Source: Candidatus Moraniibacteriota bacterium
Lineage (GTDB): Bacteria; Patescibacteriota; Minisyncoccia; Moranbacterales; DUUL01
Assembly: GCA_041583775.1 (NCBI GenBank)
Contig: JBFHFF010000004.1
Location: forward strand, 2,428-66,427
Reading direction: 5' to 3'
Length of the DNA: 64,000 nucleotides
The translations under genes and the position numbers were made by a program. Shown in pieces: positions 1 to 8,917 of this stretch (positions are counted from its first letter, which is position 1; every line of letters begins with the position of its first letter). The notes below the pieces were generated by a model. That model saw only the letters and a program-made list of their open reading frames with translations, ran no database searches and was not told the origin of the DNA.

Positions 1-1
1 T

Positions 2-2476
2 CAAAAAACAATTCTTCTTTCTGATATTGCAAGGATTGATTACGAGGTCGGAGAAATTAAAGAGAAGGTTAGATTTTCAACAAAAGATTTTTCAAATGAT
101 GCTGTATATCTTGGGATAGCAAAATTAAACGGTGCAAATGCAACAACGGTATCAGCCGAAGTGTTGTCTGAACTGGATGATATCAAAGATGAAATTGTTC
201 CAGCAGAGGTTAGCGTTGATGTCGTGAGGGATGATGGAAAAGTCGCCGATGAAGCAATCGGAAAGTTGACTCAAAATCTTTTTACAGCGATTGCGATTGT
301 TTCATTTGTTCTGTTTTTATTTTTAGGGTGGAAAAGTGCGCTAGTCGTTGCAATTGCAATTCCCTTGACACTTGCTGCAGTATTTGGAATAGGAAATTTG
401 TTTGGACAAACAGTAAATAGAATTACTTTATTCGCTCTGATTCTTTCTCTGGGCCTTTTAGTTGATAGCGCAACTGTTGTAGTTGAAAATGTTTATCGTT
501 TGCTTAAAGAGAAAATAGGTGCAGACAAAGAATCTGTTGTAATAGAAGCTGCGGATGAAGTCGGTAGTGGGCTTGTTATGTCTACAATAACAACCGTCCT
601 AGCTTTTATTCCGATGGCATTTATTTCAGGAATGATGGGCCCATATATGGCACCAATTCCTTTTTTCGTTCCAGCTGCATTATTAGTATCATTATTAGTC
701 GCTTTAATGATTAATCCATTTTTATTAAGTTTTTTTATTAATAAAAAAGATCTAGAAACAAAAACAAAAGAGAATCTTTTTATGATAATGATAAATAAGT
801 TGAGGGATTTTTATGAAAAAATTCTCTTAAAAATTATAGAATCTCAAAAGTTGAGAAGAAAAATGATGTTAGGTGTTTTGATTCTATTTTTTATCTCGAT
901 GAGCCTTCCGATTTTTAAGATTGTTAAATTTAGAATGTTGCCCAAGGCTGACAGGGAACAGTTTTTCGTTTATCTTGATTTACCAGCTTTTGCCAATATT
1001 GAGAAGACTGATGAAGTTGTCAAAATGGTTGAAGCTGCTTTGCTTGAAAGTAAAGACATTAAAAGCATCCAAAGTTTTGTTGGACAATCCCAAGTTGTGG
1101 ATTTTAACGGATTGTTTAAGGGAAGTGATGGGCGCGTCTCAGAAAATCAAGCAACATTAAAGATAAATTTAATTCCGACAGAAGATCGTAAAGAAACTTC
1201 TAGTCAGATAGCGATTGAGGCAAGGGAATTGCTTTTGAAAAAATTGGAGGAATTTCCAGATGCGAAATTAAAAATAATTGAAGATCCTCCGGGACCACCA
1301 GTATTGTCAACCTTCTTGGTTAAAATACAAGGAGAAAAACAAGATTCGATTGAAAAAATTGCTCTTGATATTGAGTCAGCCACCGAAAATATAGCAGGAG
1401 TTGTTGATATTGATACAAACATCACAGAACAAACAGTGGAACATTCACTTAGGATTGATAGTGAAAAAGCAAGCAGCTTTGGAATAAGTGTAAATCAAAT
1501 AACAACTGAAACAAGTGCTGTTTTGGGAGATTTGAAGGTCGGGCTTTATCATGAATCAGTTCTTGATGAATTGCCCAAAAGAGAGCAAGAGTTTATTGTT
1601 GTGAAGTTTGAAAAAGAAGATAAAGATGAAGCGATTGATTTGAAAAAGATTTTCATTTCTAATTCGATAGGAGAGAAAGTTCCACTTTCTGAGCTTGTTT
1701 CAGAAGAAGAGTTGGATGCTAAGCCAATAATTTTCTCTGATGATCAACAAAAAACAGTTTATGTTTCAGCAGAAATGGGGAACAGAAGTGTCACCTATGG
1801 AATGATTGATATGTTTAAATTTTTACTTGACTATAAACTTTCCTCAGGTGATGGGGAAATAGACAGAATGTCTTTGTTATCTTTTGATTTCACCGATAAA
1901 CAAACAGGAGAGCATTTCAAAATCGTGTTAGATGGGGAATGGAGGCTTATGCTTGAAGTATTTAGAGATTTAGCTGTTGCGATGGCAGTTGCAATTTTCT
2001 TGATCTATTTTGTGCTGGTTGCACAATTTGGTTCCGTGAGAATCCCTTTGCTTATTATGGGAACAATCCCTTTGGCAATGATAGGGGTGATGCCGGGATT
2101 TGCTTTTCTAGGAGCTTTAAATGGAATATATTTCAATGCAACTAGTATGATTGGAGTAATCGCACTAGCAGGAATTGTGGTGAATAATGCAATTATATTC
2201 TTAGAATATCTCAATGATTTAAAGAGGGAAAAAATTGAACTTAAAGAAGCGATTTTGAGGGCTGGGAAGACAAGGCTATTGCCAATTCTCTTAACTTCAA
2301 TGACAACAATATTAAGCTCTTTGACGATTGTTAGCGACCCGGTTTGGGCTGGACTCTCCTGGGCGATTATTTGGGGGCTTTCGCTTTCAATGTTCCTAAC
2401 ACTAATCATTTTTCCAGCCTTGTACTTTGAGTTTGAAAGAAAAAGTTGGGACGAGGGCATTAAAAACAACCTGTAA
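2..2476 (+). CDS. RND efflux transporter permease (AcrB/AcrD/AcrF family), 5'-truncated by the window edge
   Basis: Frame is open from position 2; RND motifs LILSLGLLVDSATVVVEN, GIVVNNAIIFLE and RLLPILLTSMTT; two TM bundles. Confidence 0.93.
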   Translation, partial: QKTILLSDIARIDYEVGEIKEKVRFSTKDFSNDAVYLGIAKLNGANATTVSAEVLSELDDIKDEIVPAEVSVDVVRDDGKVADEAIGKLTQNLFTAIAIVSFVLFLFLGWKSALVVAIAIPLTLAAVFGIGNLFGQTVNRITLFALILSLGLLVDSATVVVENVYRLLKEKIGADKESVVIEAADEVGSGLVMSTITTVLAFIPMAFISGMMGPYMAPIPFFVPAALLVSLLVALMINPFLLSFFINKKDLETKTKENLFMIMINKLRDFYEKILLKIIESQKLRRKMMLGVLILFFISMSLPIFKIVKFRMLPKADREQFFVYLDLPAFANIEKTDEVVKMVEAALLESKDIKSIQSFVGQSQVVDFNGLFKGSDGRVSENQATLKINLIPTEDRKETSSQIAIEARELLLKKLEEFPDAKLKIIEDPPGPPVLSTFLVKIQGEKQDSIEKIALDIESATENIAGVVDIDTNITEQTVEHSLRIDSEKASSFGISVNQITTETSAVLGDLKVGLYHESVLDELPKREQEFIVVKFEKEDKDEAIDLKKIFISNSIGEKVPLSELVSEEELDAKPIIFSDDQQKTVYVSAEMGNRSVTYGMIDMFKFLLDYKLSSGDGEIDRMSLLSFDFTDKQTGEHFKIVLDGEWRLMLEVFRDLAVAMAVAIFLIYFVLVAQFGSVRIPLLIMGTIPLAMIGVMPGFAFLGALNGIYFNATSMIGVIALAGIVVNNAIIFLEYLNDLKREKIELKEAILRAGKTRLLPILLTSMTTILSSLTIVSDPVWAGLSWAIIWGLSLSMFLTLIIFPALYFEFERKSWDEGIKNNL

Positions 2477-2488
2477 TAAAAGATAAAA

Positions 2489-2716
2489 ATGAGTAAAAAA
2501 GTATATCGTCAAAAAATAGACAGTTGGTACTTAGAGAGAATTCTTTTTCTTGTCGCAGGAATCTTTGTTCTAATTTCTGCTGTGCTTGGAATGATTGGGT
2601 TTAAGGGATTTATTCTTTTTACTGCTCTTGTGGGCTTGCTTTTGATCGTTTTTGCTTTTACTGGATATTGTCCGATGGCAATTATTTTAAAGAAATTGGG
2701 GGCAGAGGAAAAATAA
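2489..2716 (+). CDS. DUF2892/YgaP-like small membrane protein
   Basis: ER motif, two TM helices and C-terminal TGYCP; directly follows the RND gene. Confidence 0.8.
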   Translation: MSKKVYRQKIDSWYLERILFLVAGIFVLISAVLGMIGFKGFILFTALVGLLLIVFAFTGYCPMAIILKKLGAEEK

Positions 2717-2778
2717 TTTTTATCATCCCCTTGTTTTTGTAAAAGCAGAAATTAAAAAATTCAATCGAGGTAATAACT

Positions 2779-2812
2779 AAAAAAGCCACTGAATTTAATC
2801 AGTGGCTTTTTT
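2779..2812. terminator. Bidirectional intrinsic terminator
   Basis: AAAAAAGCCACTGA-atttaa-TCAGTGGCTTTTTT between convergent genes. Confidence 0.85.
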
Positions 2813-2820
2813 GAATGATG

Positions 2821-3834
2821 CTATTTCTCTATCTCAGCCTTCACAATCAATCTGTTCCAAGTTGTGCGAAGTGGCCAACAGGTAACTAGCGTCAGGCTTG
2901 TTTCGTCTGTGCTAGTGAATATTGCTGGGTCATTTGGTTTAACGACATTTTTGCTTTTGATGATATATGAGTAAGAAAAAGATCTATTGTTTTGCCCGGT
3001 TGTTTTGATGATTATCTTATCTCCAATCTCTAAATCGTTTAGTTTTTCAAAGATATAATTATAATCTCCTTTTGCCCAAACATAATTACTCGAATGACCA
3101 GAAATAACAGCGTTTCCACTTTGTCCAGGAACCCCAGTTTTTGGAAGAATTGCAACGCCTTTTTCCAAATCTTTCAACAAATCTGACTCTTTTTCGCTTT
3201 TTGACCAAATCATCGGAGCTTCCACGCCAATTTTTTCAATTGATATTAAAAAATTCAATCTGGCATCACCAGCTACTGCAGGGTCATATCCATTTTTAAT
3301 TTCGTCGGTGTCATTGAAACCATCTCCGTCAGAGTCTTGTTCAAAGGGATTTGTTAGATAAGCAAATTCAATTTGATTTATAAGTCCATCGCCATCTTGA
3401 TCTTCATCCGCGCTCTTTTCTTTTGTACTTAAACCAACTTCTTTTTCCCAGAAATCTGGCAGACCATCTCCATCTTGATCAAGTTTTCCTTCGCCAATAG
3501 GACTGTAGCCATCTCGAACTTCTTTTCCGTCATCATAGCCATCACCATCAGTATCTGGATTGAGAGGGTTTGTTGAGTTTTCATATTCAGCCAAAAGATT
3601 CAGTCCATCACCATCAATATCAGCTTCAATGTCTAAATCACTTTCTATGATAATTTCATATCTATCTAACCAAGATTGAGGGATGTTGTTTTTGTCTCCA
3701 AAATTTTGAGTACAAAAAGATTCGAATATCTTGTTAAAATTTCCTTTAAAATTGAAATTCAGAAAATAGAAGATGACGCCTGATAAAGTCAAAAAAGCCA
3801 TTACTCCTAATATTTTTTTATAATTTTTTCTCAT
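2821..3834 (-). CDS. Sortase with N-terminal membrane anchor and DxDGDG (thrombospondin type 3-like) Ca-binding repeats
   Basis: Catalytic triad contexts ISGHSS, LTLVTCWP and RLIVKA; five DxDGDG repeats. Confidence 0.88.
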   Translation of the reverse strand: MRKNYKKILGVMAFLTLSGVIFYFLNFNFKGNFNKIFESFCTQNFGDKNNIPQSWLDRYEIIIESDLDIEADIDGDGLNLLAEYENSTNPLNPDTDGDGYDDGKEVRDGYSPIGEGKLDQDGDGLPDFWEKEVGLSTKEKSADEDQDGDGLINQIEFAYLTNPFEQDSDGDGFNDTDEIKNGYDPAVAGDARLNFLISIEKIGVEAPMIWSKSEKESDLLKDLEKGVAILPKTGVPGQSGNAVISGHSSNYVWAKGDYNYIFEKLNDLEIGDKIIIKTTGQNNRSFSYSYIIKSKNVVKPNDPAIFTSTDETSLTLVTCWPLRTTWNRLIVKAEIEK

Positions 3835-3841
3835 ATTTTTT

Positions 3842-3884
3842 AAAAAAATCTGTAGACCACTTCACGAAAAGCAATCCACAGATT
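3842..3884 (-). terminator. Hairpin with U-tract between the substrate and sortase genes
   Basis: Minus strand AATCTGTGGATTGCTT-ttcgtg-AAGTGGTCTACAGATT followed by TTTTT. Confidence 0.6.
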
Positions 3885-3914
3885 AGTTAGAGGCTATTTT
3901 TCCAATAAAACAAA

Positions 3915-4694
3915 CTAGTAGAGTTTCCTTCGCAATTGTTTGAAAGTCAAAAAAGATAATAAGGAAAGTGTACCCGCAGCAAGTATTGTCATCATAGTTC
4001 CACTTCCAGTTGCTGGTGTGCTACGGTGAGCATAACCGAAATCTGCTTTTGTGTGATCGTCTTTATCTCCATCTAAATATACCTTTGCTTTGTTGTTAGG
4101 ATCTCCATCTGGATCATAAACTTGTGTGTAGCTATCAACATCGCTATCTTTTACATATATTTTGTAGTCTCCTTCACAAAGATCATCAAACTCATATCTA
4201 CCATTTTTATTTGTGTGAGTTGTCATTTCTTCATCATCTTTGGTATCCCATTTGAAATCTCGACCAATCCATTTTAGAGTCATTTTTATATCGTCGATAC
4301 CTTTTTCTCCATTGTCCTTTAGTCCATTTCCATTTTCATCATTCCAAACAAGGTTTCCAATTGAGCCGTCGCAAGAAGAATTTTTTCGTGATTCATGCTT
4401 GAATTCAACCTCGGTTTCAACTTCAATTTCTATTTCAGTTTCAATCTCAACCTCAACCTCTACCTCTACTTCTGGCTCTGGCTCAGGTGTAGGTTCTGGT
4501 TCTGGGCATGGCTCAGGTGTAGGTTCTTCCTCGGGAATTGGTGGATGACATTTGGGGCAAATTCTGTCATTAAACTGATCTTCCCATTTTTCAAAAAGAT
4601 CGTCATAATAGGTTGAGCCAGCAGAAGCTTTTTTGATGCCGAAAATTCCACTTAAAAGGAGAATCGCAAAAAGCAAGATAATAGCCTTCTTCAT
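3915..4694 (-). CDS. Secreted surface protein with SdrD-B-like domain, Pro/Glu linker and LPxTG-like sorting signal (TPATG)
   Basis: Signal peptide; SIGNLVWNDENGNG...TNKNGRYEF...DFGY matches SdrD_B; C-terminus TPATG + hydrophobic stretch + RRK. Confidence 0.82.
   Translation of the reverse strand: MKKAIILLFAILLLSGIFGIKKASAGSTYYDDLFEKWEDQFNDRICPKCHPPIPEEEPTPEPCPEPEPTPEPEPEVEVEVEVEIETEIEIEVETEVEFKHESRKNSSCDGSIGNLVWNDENGNGLKDNGEKGIDDIKMTLKWIGRDFKWDTKDDEEMTTHTNKNGRYEFDDLCEGDYKIYVKDSDVDSYTQVYDPDGDPNNKAKVYLDGDKDDHTKADFGYAHRSTPATGSGTMMTILAAGTLSLLSFLTFKQLRRKLY
4405..4535 (-). repeat. Coding low-complexity repeats (PE/PT and EV/EI dipeptides)
   Basis: GGCTCAGGTGTAGGTTCT twice plus tcaacc/tctacc hexamer runs. 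Confidence 0.7.
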
Positions 4695-4779
4695 ATTTTT
4701 TAGTAAAATAATTAACTAGTTGAAATATTGTCCCTGTGCTTTAAAATAAGGTTTTTTGCCTTAAATAGGGCAATGAGGT

Positions 4780-4808
4780 AACTTAGCACATTGTTGCTAT
4801 TTTGTCAA
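4780..4808 (-). promoter_or_regulatory. Putative sigma70 promoter for the substrate-sortase pair
   Basis: Minus strand TTGACA-17 nt-TAAGTT with TG extension. Confidence 0.45.
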
Positions 4809-4862
4809 TGACTTTGGCTTATAAATGGGATTTTTACTGTTAATGAAAAAAATAAATAAAAT

Positions 4863-4890
4863 AAAAACCCCTTTTTCAAGGGGGTTTTTT
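4863..4890 (-). terminator. Intrinsic terminator after rpmA
   Basis: AAAAACCCCTT-tttc-AAGGGGGTTTTTT hairpin. Confidence 0.75.
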
Positions 4891-4909
4891 ATGTGAAGTT
4901 TTTGAAAAA

Positions 4910-5194
4910 CTATTTTTCAGATGCTGTTATTCCAACAAATTTTACTTTTCTGATTTTTCCAGTGAAAAGTTTGATTTTTTTAGTTGAGAATACAACAATT
5001 CCATCCTTTAAGGAAATGATACTATCATCATTAGTCTTTTTGGTGTTTACTCCTGCTCGGAATTTTGAACCACGCTGTCTAATGAGGATTTCTCCAGTTT
5101 TAACTTTTTGACCGCCGAATCTTTTTACACCTAGATATTGAGGATTCGAGTCACGGGTATTATCGGTAGAACCACCGGCTTTACGATGTGCCAT
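4910..5194 (-). CDS. rpmA: 50S ribosomal protein L27
   Basis: MAHRKAGGSTDNTRDSNPQYLGVK...ILIRQRG. Confidence 0.97.
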   Translation of the reverse strand: MAHRKAGGSTDNTRDSNPQYLGVKRFGGQKVKTGEILIRQRGSKFRAGVNTKKTNDDSIISLKDGIVVFSTKKIKLFTGKIRKVKFVGITASEK

Positions 5195-5316
5195 ATTTTT
5201 AAACTTTATTCAAACGCCAAGCTAGGTAGGCACGACATTTGTTTAATGTTATAATTTACTTAACCAAAAGGATATTTCTAATTAAGCATTTCCTATTATA
5301 AATACAAAAAAATATT

Positions 5317-5757
5317 ATGTCAACAATCCTAAGACATTTTTGGGAAAAATATGATAGTCTCATTTTGATTGCCATAGCAATTTTCTTAGTTTTTGTGGTT
5401 GCATTTAAAGCTGGTCAATTAGAGAAGGGGTCAGAGAATGCTGCTAAAATAAACATCTCTTTGGCAAATAAAAAAGATGCCGAGCCCATAGATCAAAGAG
5501 CAAAAATAATTGAAGAAACTTTGCAAAGAAAGGATATTGAGAACAAGGCGAGTTCTTTGATAAGTGAAAAGCCAAGCGTACAAGAGACCCAAGAAAAGAA
5601 AGAATGTGCCTTTGTTGCATCTAAGAATTCCACAAAATATCACTTGCCAAATTGCAAAAATGCCACTAGAATCAAAGATAGTAATAAAATTTGTTTTAGT
5701 TCTGAAGAGGAGGCGAAAGCCAAGGGATATGAGCGAGCAAAGTGCTGTTTTAAATAA
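5317..5757 (+). CDS. Membrane-anchored protein with Ada-type metal-binding domain
   Basis: N-terminal TM; FVASKNSTKYHLPNC...FSSEEEAKAKGYERAKCC. Confidence 0.75.
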   Translation: MSTILRHFWEKYDSLILIAIAIFLVFVVAFKAGQLEKGSENAAKINISLANKKDAEPIDQRAKIIEETLQRKDIENKASSLISEKPSVQETQEKKECAFVASKNSTKYHLPNCKNATRIKDSNKICFSSEEEAKAKGYERAKCCFK

Positions 5758-5772
5758 TTTAAAGAAATAAAA

Positions 5773-6639
5773 ATGGTTGATCCAATAAATATTGATGCTA
5801 CAAAAATTAGAAGAAGTTTTTTTCGTTTTTGGAAATTTTTCTTAGTTTTATTCCTGGTAGTTATTTTTGGACCAAAGCTTTTAGTAACAATTAACGCAGG
5901 AGAAACTGGTGTCTATTCTCTTTTCGGAAAAGTAAGTGAAAAAGAACTCTCTTCAGGATTGCACATTGTTAATCCTCTCGGGCAAGTAACAAGGATGAAT
6001 ATTCGTACTGATGAATATACAATGAGTGTGATTCAGGGAGAAGGAAAGAGAGAGGGAGTCGATTCAATTTCAGCTCTGACTAAAGAAGGTTTGAGTATCG
6101 ATTTGGATATTACGGTATTGTATCATCTAAAGGAATCTGAGGCTTCAAGGGTGTACCAAACTGTTGGTTTGGGATATGAAGAAAAAGTCATCAGGCCAGA
6201 AATTAGAAGTGCTATCAGGGAAATTATTGCTCAATATGAAGCTAAGGATGTTTATTCTGAGAAAAGAGAGGAGGCAAATATGAAATTAAAGAATACACTT
6301 AGTGCTAAACTTGAAACAAGAGGGATTGAATTGGAAGATGTTTTATTGAGAAATGTACAGCTACCAGAAAATCTTGCCAGAACAATTCAAGAGAAATTAC
6401 AAGCAGAACAAGAATCTCAAAAATATGAATTTATTCTAGAAAAAGAAACAAAAGAAAAGCAAAGAAAAATAATTGAAGCGGAGGGACAAAGAGATGCCCA
6501 AACCATTATTACTGGAAGTCTTTCGCCTAATTATTTATATTATCTTTATATTAAAGATTTAAAAGATAGAGAGGGAACAATTTATGTTCCAACAAACCCA
6601 AGTACTGGAATGCCTACATTTAAAGAATTAGGAAAATAA
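5773..6639 (+). CDS. Prohibitin/SPFH (band 7) family protein
   Basis: AGETGV...GLHIVNP...IRPEIRSAIR...LLRNVQLP...EAEGQ. Confidence 0.92.
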   Translation: MVDPINIDATKIRRSFFRFWKFFLVLFLVVIFGPKLLVTINAGETGVYSLFGKVSEKELSSGLHIVNPLGQVTRMNIRTDEYTMSVIQGEGKREGVDSISALTKEGLSIDLDITVLYHLKESEASRVYQTVGLGYEEKVIRPEIRSAIREIIAQYEAKDVYSEKREEANMKLKNTLSAKLETRGIELEDVLLRNVQLPENLARTIQEKLQAEQESQKYEFILEKETKEKQRKIIEAEGQRDAQTIITGSLSPNYLYYLYIKDLKDREGTIYVPTNPSTGMPTFKELGK

Positions 6640-6642
6640 GAG

Positions 6643-6670
6643 AAACCCCCTCCGAAAGAGAGGGGTTTTT
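6643..6670 (+). terminator. Intrinsic terminator
   Basis: AAACCCC...GGGGTTTTT hairpin right after the stop codon. Confidence 0.75.
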
Positions 6671-6716
6671 GTTGAGTGTTAATGATTATTAATTTATTTA
6701 TAACAAAAAAACCTTT

Positions 6717-7421
6717 ATGCAAAAAGAAATGTTCGTAGTTTCACTCGGAGGCTCATTGATTGTTCCCGGAGAGATTAATTGGGAATTTTTAAAAGAGTTC
6801 AGAGCTTTGATTATTGAGCAAATTGAAAAGGGAAATCGCTTTATTATTGTGACTGGAGGCGGAAGTGTTACGAGGAAATATCAACAAGCTGCTGAAAAAA
6901 TTACTGACTTAACAAATGATGATTTGGATTGGTTGGGAATTCACTCTACTCGCCTGAATGCTCATCTGATAAAAACCATTTTCAGGGATTATGCGCACCC
7001 AAGAATTAACAAAAATCCTCGCACAAAAGAAGATTTGATGAGTCACTTTGAGAATGGAGAGGGGATTATGGTTGCAGCGGGATGGAGGCCAGGTTGGTCG
7101 ACTGACTATGTTTCGACAATACTTGCTGAAAGACTTGGCGCAAAAACTGTAATAAACCTTTCAAATATCAAATATGTTTGCGACAAGGATCCTAACAAAT
7201 TTGATGACGCAAAGGAATACAAAAATATCGGCTGGGCTGAATTTCGAAAACTTGTTGGCGATACCTGGGATCCAGGTTTGAATATGCCTTTTGATCCAAT
7301 TGCTTCAAAGCACGCAGAAGGGCTTGGCTTGAAGGTTGTCATTGCAGAAGGAAACAAGATTGATAATCTCAGAGATATTTTTGAGGGTAGAGATTTTATA
7401 GGTACAATCATTGAAAACTAA
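6717..7421 (+). CDS. pyrH: UMP kinase, archaeal-type
   Basis: VVSLGGSL, VTGGG, DWLGIHSTRLNA, PGWSTD, DKDP and PFDPIA motifs. Confidence 0.92.
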   Translation: MQKEMFVVSLGGSLIVPGEINWEFLKEFRALIIEQIEKGNRFIIVTGGGSVTRKYQQAAEKITDLTNDDLDWLGIHSTRLNAHLIKTIFRDYAHPRINKNPRTKEDLMSHFENGEGIMVAAGWRPGWSTDYVSTILAERLGAKTVINLSNIKYVCDKDPNKFDDAKEYKNIGWAEFRKLVGDTWDPGLNMPFDPIASKHAEGLGLKVVIAEGNKIDNLRDIFEGRDFIGTIIEN

Positions 7422-7452
7422 TTAAGACGAATAATTCTTAGGTATAAAATCT

Positions 7453-7490
7453 AAAAACATCCATCTGGTAAAAAATAGATGGATGTTTTT
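7453..7490 (+). terminator. Intrinsic terminator
   Basis: AAAAACATCCATCT...AGATGGATGTTTTT. Confidence 0.8.
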
Positions 7491-7663
7491 GTTTTTCTAA
7501 AATCTATTATTTTAAATAATGACAAAAAATAATCTAAAAAAAGCTTATCTAAAATGTAAAGAATACTTTAAAAATAAAGTGTAGAAATAAATTTGACAAT
7601 ATTTCAAATCAAAAGTAATATAAAATATATTTAGATTCAAATGAAATTAAATAGAAAAAATAA

Positions 7664-8413
7664 ATGAAAGCAACTGTTTTTGAGAAAATTGGGTTGTCTG
7701 AAAAAGAAACAAGAGTATATCTAGCACTCCTAGAAAGTGGTGGAATTTCGGTGCGTGGTTTGGCAGAAATCACCAAATTAAACAGGGGGAGTGTATACGA
7801 TATTTTGAAAAAACTTCAAATAAGGGGGCTGGTTAGTTTTTATCATCATGAAACAAAGCAAAAATTTGTTGCGGAAGACCCAGAGAAGTTGGGCTTATTA
7901 ATAGAAGAAAAGGAGCAAAAACTAAAAATTGCAAAGAACGAAATCGAAAAAATAATTCCAGAACTAAAATCTATACAAGATAAGAATGGGAAAAAACCAA
8001 CAACCAAATTCTATGAAGGGCGTTTGGGAATAAGGAAGATCTTGGAAGATATTTTTGAAGTTTTAATGAAAGAGGCTCAGGATGAAAAGGAGTATTTTGT
8101 TTATTCAGCAAAAGAGGCAAGTGAAGATATTAAAGATGCTTATCCAAATTTTACAAAAGATAGGATTAAAAAAGGGATTGAGGTGAAGGCGATTTCTTTG
8201 ACTGGAGGAGGGAGGACGAGTGGTTTAGATGAAAGAAGGTGGCTTGGAACACAGCAAGATTCAGCAACTTTTATTATTATTTATGCTGGAAAATGTGCTT
8301 TTATTTCTCGTGATGCACTAGATTCTCCAATTGGTGTAATTATCGAAAATGAAATGATTTATGAAACACAAAAGATTATTTTTTTACAATTATGGAATTT
8401 ATTAAATAAATAA
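7664..8413 (+). CDS. TrmB family transcriptional regulator
   Basis: GLSEKETRVYLALL...RGSVYDILKKL winged HTH; FYEG motif. Confidence 0.88.
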   Translation: MKATVFEKIGLSEKETRVYLALLESGGISVRGLAEITKLNRGSVYDILKKLQIRGLVSFYHHETKQKFVAEDPEKLGLLIEEKEQKLKIAKNEIEKIIPELKSIQDKNGKKPTTKFYEGRLGIRKILEDIFEVLMKEAQDEKEYFVYSAKEASEDIKDAYPNFTKDRIKKGIEVKAISLTGGGRTSGLDERRWLGTQQDSATFIIIYAGKCAFISRDALDSPIGVIIENEMIYETQKIIFLQLWNLLNK

Positions 8414-8679
8414 GGGTTTGTTGTTATTTCTGCCTCCTGCTAAATATATAAATACAAATTAACATCTAAGCTAGAAAATTTTCTTTGAAATGTATGAGAT
8501 TATATCAAATTGCTATATTTTAAATTTTCGGACCGTTATGTTTTGATGTGCTTAATCCGCAACTAATTATTATTACATTTCAATCTTCAGATTGTTGAAT
8601 ATAATAATAATTCGTTGACAGAACAATATATTAATTTTCAATGTTCAATTTACAATTTAAAGACAAACCTCGATACTGC

Positions 8680-8707
8680 TGTCATTCCCGCGAATGCAGG
8701 AATGACA
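8680..8707. repeat. GTCATTCC-type REP-like palindrome, copy 1
   Basis: TGTCATTCCCGCGAATGCAGGAATGACA; related copies at 33138 and 46194. Confidence 0.75.
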
Positions 8708-8917
8708 AATAGGACATATAAATTCAAAATTAGAGACCAAGTCACTGTGTCATTTCTTGGAGAGGGTAAAAATAAAACATTATTATATTAAAAAATTTAT
8801 TCGAAATCCAAAATTAAAAATTCGAAATTACCTTGTTCTTAAAACTCGTTAATTCGTTAACTCGTTAATAAATAATAAATAATTCGCGTTACTAATATAA
8901 ACATTAAAACCAAAACT

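Noticed and set aside
4240-4548. Ser/Gly-rich + strand ORF
   Set aside because: Antisense shadow of the Pro/Glu repeats of 3915..4694
8414-8917. glmS ribozyme upstream of glmS
   Set aside because: No AGCGCC-type cleavage-site core or matching paired regions seen by eye; only REP-like and short tandem repeats
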